Made by a program: the position numbers and the translations under genes
The notes under the pieces: model-generated
What the model saw: the letters and a program-made list of their open reading frames with translations, nothing else
Told to the model about the DNA's origin: nothing
Databases searched by the model: none
Part shown: positions 46,048 through 55,013 of the stretch, piece by piece
How positions within the stretch are numbered: the first letter of the stretch is position 1
How the letters are laid out: each line of letters begins with the position of its first letter
IMG/VR virus record: IMGVR_UViG_3300020577_007013
Direction: 5' to 3' (one strand)
Source of the DNA: a virus
Taxonomy: Duplodnaviria > Caudoviricetes
DNA length: 64,000 nt

Positions 46048-46621
46048 TTTTAAGTCCTTTCATAAATTTTAGCATCTCTTTCGAAGAATTCTCTTTTAAA
46101 TATTTCTCGACTTCCTTGACAGTGTCATCGATCTCTTTTCTGAGCTTGTCGACTTCATTTTTGTATCTGGCTTTTGTGAGTGTCCTTAAAAGCTCAGAGT
46201 CAATCATGTCTAAAGACTTCAATTGAAAGTCGAGACTCTTTATTTCGGAGCTCTTTCTGGTGACATGATCTCCTAGGTGTGTGACTATAGAGTCCAAATG
46301 CCATTTCTGGGTTATCCTCTTTTCTTTCTCTACCATTCTCCTTTGATCAGTAAAAACATGGCTTGGTATACCCATAATCCTTAAAGAGAGAATGTGAATA
46401 TCTCTAGGTCGCCATTCAGAGAATACTCCAGATCTAATCGATAGAGCTGAAAGCCCTTCTTGAAGAATGACATCCTCTACTCTGAAGTACCTTGATGTAG
46501 CTGAGCTTGTACTGGGAATTTTAGTATCAATATGGAATCCTATTGATGATATTTCACCCATCTCGTCTGTGTTAATTCTAAAAAGTTCAATGAACTCTGA
46601 TTCTTTTTTACTCCTGAACAT
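46025..46621 (-). CDS. hypothetical protein
   Basis: ORF track. Confidence 0.65.
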   Translation of the reverse strand: MFRSKKESEFIELFRINTDEMGEISSIGFHIDTKIPSTSSATSRYFRVEDVILQEGLSALSIRSGVFSEWRPRDIHILSLRIMGIPSHVFTDQRRMVEKEKRITQKWHLDSIVTHLGDHVTRKSSEIKSLDFQLKSLDMIDSELLRTLTKARYKNEVDKLRKEIDDTVKEVEKYLKENSSKEMLKFMKGLKNGKSIQP

Positions 46622-47330
46622 TTAATACATCCTTTACGAAAGTTTTTTGTTGATCAACAAGATAAAAGTCAAGATGCAGTCTCTTGCATCCTTCTCCGTC
46701 AGTAGACTGATCATCTCCCACATGAAGAATGTCTTCTTTTAGAAGCTTAGACTTCAAGAGTTCAGTCATTCTCATTTCGTTTACTGAAATCATCATTTTA
46801 CGAAATGCTACCGTGGAAGGTTTAGAATGTCCGATCTCATCGGAGAAAAAGAAAGCATCGACCAACGGAGCTAAGTTTTCTTTTACGGACGGGGACGTTC
46901 GTATGATCTCTCCATCTAAGATCGCTGTATTAGAGAGAATCGAGATTGTACAGTCTCTCTCTTTAAGTTGCTTAAGTGTAGAGACCGCATCATCGATCAG
47001 AATCGGTGGATACATGTGAAACAGATTGTCGCACCATCTTTTCATTTCTGAAAGAGACTCTGAAGTAATTTCCTTCTCTATTACCCACATTTTATTCATC
47101 GTCTCCATGAAAGAGTAAAAGATTTCTAAAGAGTGAACTTGTCTTCCGACAAGTTTATTTATTATGTTAGCTCTTTCTTCACATCCTGAAAGAACTTTTC
47201 TGATGGTGTCTTCGGAAGCTGTCTCATAGAACTTTTTCTTGATCAAACTAGCTCTCTCCTCTTTATAACGAGGATCTGGCTTGATCAAAGTTCTCCAAAG
47301 ATCAAACGAATAATGTTTGTACTTCTTCAT
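46608..47330 (-). CDS. HAD-family hydrolase
   Basis: SFDLWRTL, LSN, SKP, HVGDD..TD. Confidence 0.85.
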   Translation of the reverse strand: MKKYKHYSFDLWRTLIKPDPRYKEERASLIKKKFYETASEDTIRKVLSGCEERANIINKLVGRQVHSLEIFYSFMETMNKMWVIEKEITSESLSEMKRWCDNLFHMYPPILIDDAVSTLKQLKERDCTISILSNTAILDGEIIRTSPSVKENLAPLVDAFFFSDEIGHSKPSTVAFRKMMISVNEMRMTELLKSKLLKEDILHVGDDQSTDGEGCKRLHLDFYLVDQQKTFVKDVLNVQE

Positions 47331-48403
47331 TTTTTGTCAAGCTTCACTGAATTGTCAACGAACTTGATCGTTGGGCACATTGTCTTGTTCCATACAGCTT
47401 TCAGCATGTCCCAATTTTCTGCTCGTTTCTTTCTCTTTTCTGCTTTGATTTTTTCCTTGAATTCTCTCAGTTCAGCTCTCTTTCTCAGACTGTCAAGGTC
47501 AGACAATGCTTTCTTAGAGAATTCTGAATCGATGAATAGACCGATAATGATCTCGAGTTTGTCCTTCTTAATCTTATTGCCAATATTCCCGTAGTAAAAA
47601 GTCTCTCGTAAGAGATCTTGGACGACTTTCTCTGAATTCTCTATGAGTCTATCGACAATTTCTCTTACTGAGTATGCAGAGACTCTAGGAATGATTCCGT
47701 CTTTGATGTCCTTGAAAAAGGCTTCGACCGCCTTCTGCTCTTGGGAAGCATATTCAGAGTTATTCTCTCTAATTCTTTTCCTGATCTTAGTCATATCGAT
47801 CTTGATTTCCTTCCCGACTTTCCCTTTGAGAAGTTCCTCATATTTAAGCTTATGTTTTTCAAGCTGTCGTTCATTGAATTTTTCATGCATTTCAATAATC
47901 CATTTACCGAATGCACCTAGATGGACAGCTACATTTTTACCGACGAAGTAAAATCCAAATCCAATTCCGAATAGAATGAATCCTATTATAAGAAGAGGGG
48001 TTGCAGCTGCGAGTCCGATTATTACAAATGGAAGTAAAACTGTAGTGGAAAGTAGATGACTCCAAAAGAGTCCACATAATGAAGTCTCTCGACTTGCATA
48101 ATAATGAGCATCAATAATGACCCTCTTAATATACGGACACCAACATCTTTCTCCCCAATCCTTTGTTGGGTGTTTTGCGTAAGCTGTAGATCCGTTATGT
48201 TTACGGAACCCATGAAGGGTAGACCAAGGAAGCATTGTCAGAAATCGTATTCGATAAAATGTAGAAGACCGATTGATCACAATGAGTCCGTCTTCTTTTA
48301 CGAACATAGAGATCACAAGAGTGAGGAACATGAGACATCCTATTCCTCCCAACACAGTAAAGGTCCAGTATAGAATTGGACTCGTTAAAATTTTTGCTAT
48401 CAT
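47327..48403 (-). CDS. membrane protein
   Basis: Multiple TM segments followed by a charged helical region. Confidence 0.7.
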   Translation of the reverse strand: MIAKILTSPILYWTFTVLGGIGCLMFLTLVISMFVKEDGLIVINRSSTFYRIRFLTMLPWSTLHGFRKHNGSTAYAKHPTKDWGERCWCPYIKRVIIDAHYYASRETSLCGLFWSHLLSTTVLLPFVIIGLAAATPLLIIGFILFGIGFGFYFVGKNVAVHLGAFGKWIIEMHEKFNERQLEKHKLKYEELLKGKVGKEIKIDMTKIRKRIRENNSEYASQEQKAVEAFFKDIKDGIIPRVSAYSVREIVDRLIENSEKVVQDLLRETFYYGNIGNKIKKDKLEIIIGLFIDSEFSKKALSDLDSLRKRAELREFKEKIKAEKRKKRAENWDMLKAVWNKTMCPTIKFVDNSVKLDKK

Positions 48404-48714
48404 TTTTTCATTCCTTCCTTGAGCTCATCGACATAGATCTTTGCTTCCATGAGCTCTAATTTGAGATGCTCTTTACAAAACTTGATTGACTCAATATATC
48501 TCCTTCTTTTGAGAAGAGCTTTCAGCCTATTGTTCACTTGAAGTTGAGTCAATCTTTTTGGTATCTTTCCTTCTTTTGCTTTGTCGATCTTATCTTTGAG
48601 TTCGAAGAGTTGATTCGCTGAAAGCTTTTTGTTCTTGTAGAATGCTATCCAAGCATTGTGACGTTTCTTAGCATCATAGATAACGTCAAGACCCTTATAC
48701 TTGGTTTTTAGCAT
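48400..48714 (-). CDS. protein with ribosomal L7/L12 CTD-like C-terminus
   Basis: YIESIKFCKEHLKLELMEAKIYVD. Confidence 0.55.
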   Translation of the reverse strand: MLKTKYKGLDVIYDAKKRHNAWIAFYKNKKLSANQLFELKDKIDKAKEGKIPKRLTQLQVNNRLKALLKRRRYIESIKFCKEHLKLELMEAKIYVDELKEGMKK

Positions 48715-48905
48715 TATTCTATCTCGTGTGAAGTGAGAAGTTTGTAAGTATCACCGTTGATGAAGACTGAATCAGAGCATCGATCCATTGGATCTTTGTA
48801 AACTTTGATCTTGACTCCATTTTGATTACGATAGTGACAATTCTCACCTTGACAGTTCATCGATGATGCAGAGATAAGAAGTAGGAGAATCATGTACTTC
48901 TTCAT
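48714..48905 (-). CDS. small secreted protein or lipoprotein
   Basis: Signal peptide ending ..SMNC. Confidence 0.6.
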   Translation of the reverse strand: MKKYMILLLLISASSMNCQGENCHYRNQNGVKIKVYKDPMDRCSDSVFINGDTYKLLTSHEIE

Positions 48906-49231
48906 TTAAGCTCCTTGACTTCTGTAATTCTGTATTGTGAGTCTCCTGAACAGCTTGTTGTAAGCTTCTTCTGAGTGTAGTTGAGTCGAACTTTCATTCC
49001 AGCAGATGACTGAATCTGTTTCGCAACATTTTCATCTTCAACTGAGAATTTGAAAAGACGAGATTTACCGTATGAACCTTGACCGTCCATGACGAGTTGT
49101 CCTTCCCAAGTCTTACAGACAATTCCCTTCTTAGAGAATTTGTCAACGACTCCGATTCGAAAGCCTTCTGAATAATCATAGGCCGTTAGTGAAGCAGTCA
49201 ATATGACTGCCAATGTAATGAGTTTTTTCAT
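48902..49231 (-). CDS. conserved exported protein (YSEG.R.G...KFS.KG...KTWEG)
   Basis: Signal peptide plus motif. Confidence 0.75.
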   Translation of the reverse strand: MKKLITLAVILTASLTAYDYSEGFRIGVVDKFSKKGIVCKTWEGQLVMDGQGSYGKSRLFKFSVEDENVAKQIQSSAGMKVRLNYTQKKLTTSCSGDSQYRITEVKELK

Positions 49232-49278
49232 TTGTATCTCCCTTAACTTGATTGATGAAACCTTGATGGTTCCTACAA

Positions 49279-49312
49279 GTTAATTATAATAGAGTTGGGA
49301 GATTTTCGAAGA
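49279..49312 (-). promoter_or_regulatory. candidate early promoter
   Basis: TCTTCGAA-N11-TCTA-T-TATAAT-TAAC. Confidence 0.65.
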
Positions 49313-49320
49313 CGAAATTT

Positions 49321-50874
49321 CTAAAGTTTGTATCTACCGTCAGGAGCTATCCAAATCATTTGTCTAACACCGTTTCTATAGATAACGCAATTCATATTTT
49401 GATGAGAACTTGAACCTTTCTGGTATTCTAATTCAAGAGCTAAAGTTCCGACTCTAAACACTTTTCTCAAGACTGAAGGACTATGAGAATGAGCCAATAC
49501 ACAAGCTTGTAAAGAATATTCAGCATTAACATTTGTAGATCTAGTTCCGTTCGGACCATTGTCGCCATGTTCAGAGACTAGAATTTTTTTAGTGGAGACA
49601 TATTTTATGGTTTTTCTAGTAAGCCAATTTAGTCCTTTTCTCAAATCAGGATAGTGCTTTTCAATATAGTACTGAATGATATTTTTATCGTCTAAATCTG
49701 CAAGTGCCAATTCCAAAGCAATTCTATAATTAGGGACATCATTGAAGAATCTTTGTTCATGGAGGTATCTGTCTAAATGCTCATGATGGTTGGAAGCTAT
49801 GAGATCAATTTCGATTCCTTCTTTAAGTCCTTCTTTCCAAGTGGAAAGTTCTTTTGCTAGAAATTTTAGTTCATTTTCAAGAGTAGCAACATGACCTTTT
49901 TCTTCCATTTTCTTGACTTTAAGCTTCATGTTGTAATTGTGATGATGAGATACTGAGTATCCATCCATCCAATCACCGCCACCTACTGTCTTGACATTTA
50001 AAGCATTAGCCATGTCTATGGAAGCTTTTCTAGCATATTCATCGGTGAATCCTGAATGAACGTCTCCTACCACTAAATATTCTGCTGAGACTTTTTTCAC
50101 AGTTCCGTCTGGGCAATATTGTTTGTCGAGATCATAAAAAGATCCGTCGTAATTTGCTCTTACAAATCTCCAAAAGAATGTATCAGTCTTTCTATCAATC
50201 TCGACTATGACACCGCCAATGACAGCATCTTTTTCTGCTAGAAAGCCTGAATGAGTCTTTGCATATTTTCTGGTAGTAATAGTTCCTGTGCTTATGACTG
50301 ATTTAGGTTTAGAACGATCTATCACAGCCACAGATCTGAAGTTTTGTTTAGGGCTTGCAATTATGATACTTCCGTCATCTGTATGATGGAGACCTTTAAG
50401 AGTCGCATCTGGAGATTGTGGGGGCTCTTGAATATCTAAAGCTTTTAAATTGGAGCAGAGATGAAATTCAGTAGCATAGTATTTGTAAAGTTCCTGAACT
50501 TCAGGAGTATAGAATTTATGCTCATGATGAACTCCACGCATAGTGAGAAGAACAATTTCAGCATTCCGTTTTTTCTCCAATGTCTTGACTGACTGCCAGA
50601 ATGGTTTATTGAGATTGCTTTCAGGAAGAATTGAAGTAATGAAAATTACATCTTTTTCAGAGTCATTTTTTCGAATGATCTCTAAGCCAGTTCTTTGAAA
50701 TTTGATTCCCTCTTCTCTTAGCTTAACGAATGAGCCATCCCAATATTCATCTAAAACTTTTTGTGAGAATTTTGTTTTTTCGAGCCAATGGTCTCTGGTA
50801 ATTCGAGACCCTTTTTTGTAGTTTTTCTGGATGATCTTGATTTCTTCTAATACTTCTTTCTTCTTGGCTTCCAT
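49321..50874 (-). CDS. large-phage metallophosphoesterase-fold protein
   Basis: GDVH, GGD..D, SNH, EHGD.G.NG, AHSHSP. Confidence 0.75.
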   Translation of the reverse strand: MEAKKKEVLEEIKIIQKNYKKGSRITRDHWLEKTKFSQKVLDEYWDGSFVKLREEGIKFQRTGLEIIRKNDSEKDVIFITSILPESNLNKPFWQSVKTLEKKRNAEIVLLTMRGVHHEHKFYTPEVQELYKYYATEFHLCSNLKALDIQEPPQSPDATLKGLHHTDDGSIIIASPKQNFRSVAVIDRSKPKSVISTGTITTRKYAKTHSGFLAEKDAVIGGVIVEIDRKTDTFFWRFVRANYDGSFYDLDKQYCPDGTVKKVSAEYLVVGDVHSGFTDEYARKASIDMANALNVKTVGGGDWMDGYSVSHHHNYNMKLKVKKMEEKGHVATLENELKFLAKELSTWKEGLKEGIEIDLIASNHHEHLDRYLHEQRFFNDVPNYRIALELALADLDDKNIIQYYIEKHYPDLRKGLNWLTRKTIKYVSTKKILVSEHGDNGPNGTRSTNVNAEYSLQACVLAHSHSPSVLRKVFRVGTLALELEYQKGSSSHQNMNCVIYRNGVRQMIWIAPDGRYKL

Positions 50875-50879
50875 AAAGG

Positions 50880-51110
50880 TTAGTCAATAATGTCCATCAA
50901 CTTTTCTTTGTATTCATCAATATAAAATGTTTTTAGTATGGATTCCATCGCTGTTCGTCCTGAAAGTAAGAGCACACTCACTCTATCGCAATAGTCACAT
51001 CTAAGAGTCAAGGTCGTCACTCCTACTGTGAGAATAGAATTCCACTGGGGCCTTTTGCAGAACTGACATTTGAAGTGGATGGACTTCTGGTCGCTTTTCC
51101 ATTTTATCAA
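50880..51110 (-). CDS. Zn-ribbon protein with family-B C-terminal motif (DEYKEKLMDII)
   Basis: CQFC..CDYC plus motif. Confidence 0.7.
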   Translation of the reverse strand: MIKWKSDQKSIHFKCQFCKRPQWNSILTVGVTTLTLRCDYCDRVSVLLLSGRTAMESILKTFYIDEYKEKLMDIID

Positions 51111-51121
51111 AGGGTGATAGT

Positions 51122-51628
51122 TTATGAAAGATTAGTGTGACTAGTGTGCCATTTGCTAAATGGCATTTGGGCTAGAGATGTATTTAGGTACCTTCTGTCT
51201 TCTGTGACTTCTTTACCTAACCAATTCGGTGCATCAAAATCATCGAATGTCTCTGACGGAAGTTCTATCTCAGCTATTGAGAGACCTTGATTCACTCCTT
51301 TGAATTCGTCGATATCCCAGTAAAACTTCTTTCCTGTGAAAACCCTAAATCTTTCTTTCTCGATGACATTATATTTGCAAGAAGAGAGAAGTTGAAGGCC
51401 GTCTTCAGTAGGAACTTTATATTCGAACTCTTTTCTTGTCAAGTCTGATAGAGAAATCTTTAAGCAAAGTGTATAAAATGTCTCTCTCGGAGTTATGTCT
51501 TCCCTTATTCTTAGACATCTTTCTTTGTCAATGATTAGAAATCCCTGTCGTATTTTCCAATGCTCAGATGCTTTCTCTTTATAACCATCATTTTTGACAA
51601 GAAATTTTCTTTCAATTTCGATATTCAC
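51122..51628 (-). CDS. CYTH-domain (triphosphate tunnel) protein
   Basis: EIERKFLV, R.EFEY, K.R, AEIEL, EVT.D.RY.N. Confidence 0.9.
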   Translation of the reverse strand: MNIEIERKFLVKNDGYKEKASEHWKIRQGFLIIDKERCLRIREDITPRETFYTLCLKISLSDLTRKEFEYKVPTEDGLQLLSSCKYNVIEKERFRVFTGKKFYWDIDEFKGVNQGLSIAEIELPSETFDDFDAPNWLGKEVTEDRRYLNTSLAQMPFSKWHTSHTNLS

Positions 51629-52233
51629 AACAATTCCTTCAGAGACTTAATAGAGTCCCTAACACCTTTGTGTTTTCCTTTTCGGTCAATTAAAATTGCA
51701 TTCATTCCTAATTTCTTAGGGATTAAATAGTCAGAGCTCATAGAGTCTCCAACAAAAAGTATTTCTTCAAGAGAAAGATCTTCAAAGACTTCCAATATTC
51801 TTTTGTAGATTGTCAGATTCGGTTTCCTAACCCCTAATTCGCAAGAGAAGATAGGGAAGTCTAGATAGCTTTCTAAACCGAAGTCACAATATGGATCTAT
51901 ATATTTCGTAGAGAGATTTGAAACACATGACATTGAGATCTTTTTATCGTTGAGAGCTGAAAGAACTTCCATTGTCTCGTCAAAAAGTTTGACTTCCTTT
52001 ACATCTTCCTCAACAAGCTTCTCATAATATTCTCTATCAAAGTCTTTGGTGAAAAGAAGTTCAGGTCTTCTTAAGAATTCAAAAGCATCAGTAGTAAGAC
52101 AAGCTTCTGTCATGGTGTAGAGAAGAGAATTGTCTTTGAGTTTTGACTTGAGATAATTGAAAGGATTTTCCCTATCTGATCTATGAATGAGAGTATCGTA
52201 GAGATCAAAGACTATGAGCCTAATATTGTCCAT
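51625..52233 (-). CDS. HAD-family hydrolase
   Basis: VFDLYDTL, VSN, RKP, FVGDS..SD. Confidence 0.88.
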   Translation of the reverse strand: MDNIRLIVFDLYDTLIHRSDRENPFNYLKSKLKDNSLLYTMTEACLTTDAFEFLRRPELLFTKDFDREYYEKLVEEDVKEVKLFDETMEVLSALNDKKISMSCVSNLSTKYIDPYCDFGLESYLDFPIFSCELGVRKPNLTIYKRILEVFEDLSLEEILFVGDSMSSDYLIPKKLGMNAILIDRKGKHKGVRDSIKSLKELL

Positions 52234-52724
52234 TAGAAAGAAAGGAAGCCTCTTCTCACAGGTTTTTCATATATAGGTGACTGATGGTAGATATTTTCTT
52301 CACCGTCATTAATGAGATGATTGAGCTTTATTTTATCACTGTCTCGTTCATATTCATCTTTCATTCCGAAATGTTCAAGATCAAAAATGACATAGATCAT
52401 TATCTCTGCAGTTGCTAAGCTGTGGGTTTTCCAAACCTTGTATCCTAAATGTTCGAAGAGTCTTTGGAAGTCCAGAAGTTTCTCATTGAGAAATTCACAA
52501 TGCTCTCCTATGAATCCTACTGCAGGAATATTTCTTTCAATTGCATCTTCTATGGTCTCTTTTATCTCTACTGAAAGCCTATCTGACCTTTCTTTTTCTT
52601 GAGCTTTTATTAACTCTGAAATTTTCTTATTGACTTCAGATGCTTTAGGAAGATCAGAAAATTTTGAGAAGAGGTCTTCAGGAACCTCTTCACTTGAGTT
52701 TTGTTTGTCTAAAGAGACTTTCAT
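52233..52724 (-). CDS. hypothetical protein
   Basis: ORF track. Confidence 0.65.
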   Translation of the reverse strand: MKVSLDKQNSSEEVPEDLFSKFSDLPKASEVNKKISELIKAQEKERSDRLSVEIKETIEDAIERNIPAVGFIGEHCEFLNEKLLDFQRLFEHLGYKVWKTHSLATAEIMIYVIFDLEHFGMKDEYERDSDKIKLNHLINDGEENIYHQSPIYEKPVRRGFLSF

Positions 52725-53122
52725 TTCAGTTCAGAAAGTTTGAATTCCAGAAACTTGATAGAGTTCTGAAAGTTTTTATGGAATAATTCCTGATCAATGT
52801 CTCTGAAAGATTTAAAGAGAACTGTCTCGATTTCTTTCCAATCCATTTCAGTTCCTGTTACCAGATCATGATCTCCGTGAACAAGTCTAGAGAGAAGCTT
52901 TTGTCTTGCTACTTTCTTAGAGTATTGATCTCTAGGATGAACAAGCACTTTAGCAAAGTGAACGTCCTTTCCATCTTTAGTAAGAGCAATCGCCAAAGCT
53001 CCTTTTGCTCTTTTCTCTTTGTCTTTTGATTTGACAACCTTGAAAAGTTCAAGGTATTCGTATCTATTCTCTACTGCTGTCTTAAGTCCTTCATGTATTC
53101 CGTTAAACAGTTCTGTTTTCAT
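52721..53122 (-). CDS. hypothetical protein, possibly an Acb4-like nucleotide sponge
   Basis: FA....HPRDQYSKKVAR....RL motif. Confidence 0.35.
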   Translation of the reverse strand: MKTELFNGIHEGLKTAVENRYEYLELFKVVKSKDKEKRAKGALAIALTKDGKDVHFAKVLVHPRDQYSKKVARQKLLSRLVHGDHDLVTGTEMDWKEIETVLFKSFRDIDQELFHKNFQNSIKFLEFKLSELK

Positions 53123-53345
53123 TTTGTGCTCCTTTTAAAACTCGACTCCACCAACTGAAAAAACTTTTTTCTACCATCTGCATTGCTGTCATTTCAGAAT
53201 CAGCAATTGGTATTAGATCTCCTTTGAAAAATTTTGATTCCCATCTCCAAATTCCACCAGAGCTACTGACCTTTCCTATCCTCAGATTCTCCACTCTCGC
53301 TTCCTTGTTTCTTTGTCCTTTCCAAGTTATCTTTGGTTTTTTCAT
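53103..53345 (-). CDS. hypothetical protein
   Basis: Start revised to MKKPKI; AGGAG upstream. Confidence 0.6.
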   Translation of the reverse strand: MKKPKITWKGQRNKEARVENLRIGKVSSSGGIWRWESKFFKGDLIPIADSEMTAMQMVEKSFFSWWSRVLKGAQNENRTV

Positions 53346-54069
53346 TTGAGTCTCCTTTAATGTATTCTTGAAGTATTTCATTCACAAAAGTATTAAACGA
53401 CTTACAGTCTTTCTTAGAGACTTCTTTCAGAAATTCGTAATCAGCATCTTGTAGTTCTACTTCGACTTGTTGCCTTCTGTCATTGTAGATGACTTCAGGT
53501 TCTTTACAGTATGTCTTCTTAATCCAGATTTTTGTGAACTCTGTGATCTGAGCTCTATTGGTAAACTTCTCAATAGGACAAAGCATATTCCAGATTTCTC
53601 TTTCATTGATGTCTAGATCATACATCTTGTTTTCTTCTTGAATGAACTTCTCCATCTCTAGACTATCAAGAGTAATGACCCAATCTATCCAACAAAACTT
53701 TTTGCAAGCTTCCTTGATATGATGGAAGAAATCTCTGAAAGCATCTTTGATGCAATATTTCCAAGAGAAGTATATGACCTTAGAATTGGTTAATCCCAAA
53801 AAATCTGAAGCCTCTTCCCCACCAAACGGGTATTTGATAGAAGCATTACCTAATGCATCCCAAAAAGCAATAGGACCTTGATAGAAGACTCTCCAAAGTC
53901 TCTGAGAGAATGTCTGATAGAGCTTCATGGAAACATCGACTCCATAGAGACATTCATCAGGTTGATCTTCAATGGCAGCGTCAGATTTTATCTCAAGTTT
54001 ATTGAACTTGTTTAGGTGTCGTTCTAGAGCATTAAGAGAGCGTTCTTGAAATCGTCTATAAAAAATCAT
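53263..54069 (-). CDS. protein with C-terminal ribbon-helix-helix-like segment
   Basis: VEVELQDADYEFLKEVSKKDCKSFNTFVNEIL. Confidence 0.55.
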   Translation of the reverse strand: MIFYRRFQERSLNALERHLNKFNKLEIKSDAAIEDQPDECLYGVDVSMKLYQTFSQRLWRVFYQGPIAFWDALGNASIKYPFGGEEASDFLGLTNSKVIYFSWKYCIKDAFRDFFHHIKEACKKFCWIDWVITLDSLEMEKFIQEENKMYDLDINEREIWNMLCPIEKFTNRAQITEFTKIWIKKTYCKEPEVIYNDRRQQVEVELQDADYEFLKEVSKKDCKSFNTFVNEILQEYIKGDSNEKTKDNLERTKKQGSESGESEDRKGQ

Positions 54070-54072
54070 TGA

Positions 54073-54441
54073 TTACCACAAATAAAGTATATTACTGAAT
54101 TCAGCAAGATCCTTTTTTATGTTGGGCTCTATAATCTTTTCCCAAATATGATATTTGTTGGCAAGTCCAGCACCTAATCTAGAAATGAGAAAAGTCTTAT
54201 CAGGACTCTTCTCTATCTCTTTCTTAAGTCGTTTGATCTCTATTTCATATTTGCTTGCATATTCTTCAGGAGTATATGAGTCAGAAGGATTATGTGTTGG
54301 AGCTTTCTTTGTGATGAATCCATACACATTTCTCTCATTCCTAAGAGCAGCAGCTCCACCATATCCTTTTCTTAAAAGGTTGTCACCGAAGACAAAAACG
54401 TGTTTTGGATTTTGTCTGAGATAATGTTTGTCGATTTCCAT
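54073..54441 (-). CDS. macro-like (A1S_2505-type) phage protein
   Basis: VFVFGDNL...G.GGAA; LGAGLA. Confidence 0.6.
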   Translation of the reverse strand: MEIDKHYLRQNPKHVFVFGDNLLRKGYGGAAALRNERNVYGFITKKAPTHNPSDSYTPEEYASKYEIEIKRLKKEIEKSPDKTFLISRLGAGLANKYHIWEKIIEPNIKKDLAEFSNILYLW

Positions 54442-54733
54442 CCATCCTCTTTTTGAAAACAGTCTTTCTAAATTCTAAAGGAAGCTGATAGACAGTAATG
54501 AGACATTTATCTCTGAAAAAGAAAATGACTTCTCCGTAAATTCTGACTTCATCTGCTACTTTATGCCTTTCAAATAGATCATCGAGATGTTTTCCTAGCG
54601 AGCCTGTTTTGAAGTCTTGTCTCTTAAGACCTTTTTCATAGGCACGTTGTGCAACTTTTGTTATTGACTCTCTTGTTAGAGAGAAACGTTCTTCTGCTCT
54701 TTGGATAGCATGATTACTTACGATCACTCTCAT
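54383..54733 (-). CDS. small protein with an HA..R..ER motif (RelE-like/BECR fold candidate)
   Basis: VSNHAIQRAEERF; LITVY. Confidence 0.5.
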   Translation of the reverse strand: MRVIVSNHAIQRAEERFSLTRESITKVAQRAYEKGLKRQDFKTGSLGKHLDDLFERHKVADEVRIYGEVIFFFRDKCLITVYQLPLEFRKTVFKKRMDGNRQTLSQTKSKTRFCLR

Positions 54734-55013
54734 ACGCTTTGATTGAATCCCCTAGAGATTTTCTAAGTTTTTTCATATTGTCGAGATCGAGAATAATTGT
54801 GTCAAACTCACCGTAGCGAGATTTATGACCAATAAGAAACTTGACAGCAAGAACAAGCCTATGCCAGAATGTATGACCATTGAGGTGAATATTGAGATAG
54901 ATCTCCTTTTCTTCCCATTCACTATAATCAACTGGCTTAGTGATTATAAGCTGATGGGAAGTGTCTTCACAGTTACAGACAAAGAGTTCGTGATCGAAGA
55001 TCTTAGTCCTCAT
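54714..55013 (-). CDS. conserved phage protein (C.C....H; FW.RL..A.K..G..S.YG.FD)
   Basis: Start revised to MRTKIF. Confidence 0.65.
   Translation of the reverse strand: MRTKIFDHELFVCNCEDTSHQLIITKPVDYSEWEEKEIYLNIHLNGHTFWHRLVLAVKFLIGHKSRYGEFDTIILDLDNMKKLRKSLGDSIKAYESDRK

Noticed and set aside
54073-54733. Toxin-antitoxin pair
   Set aside because: The RelE-like assignment rests on one short motif and no recognisable antitoxin is adjacent
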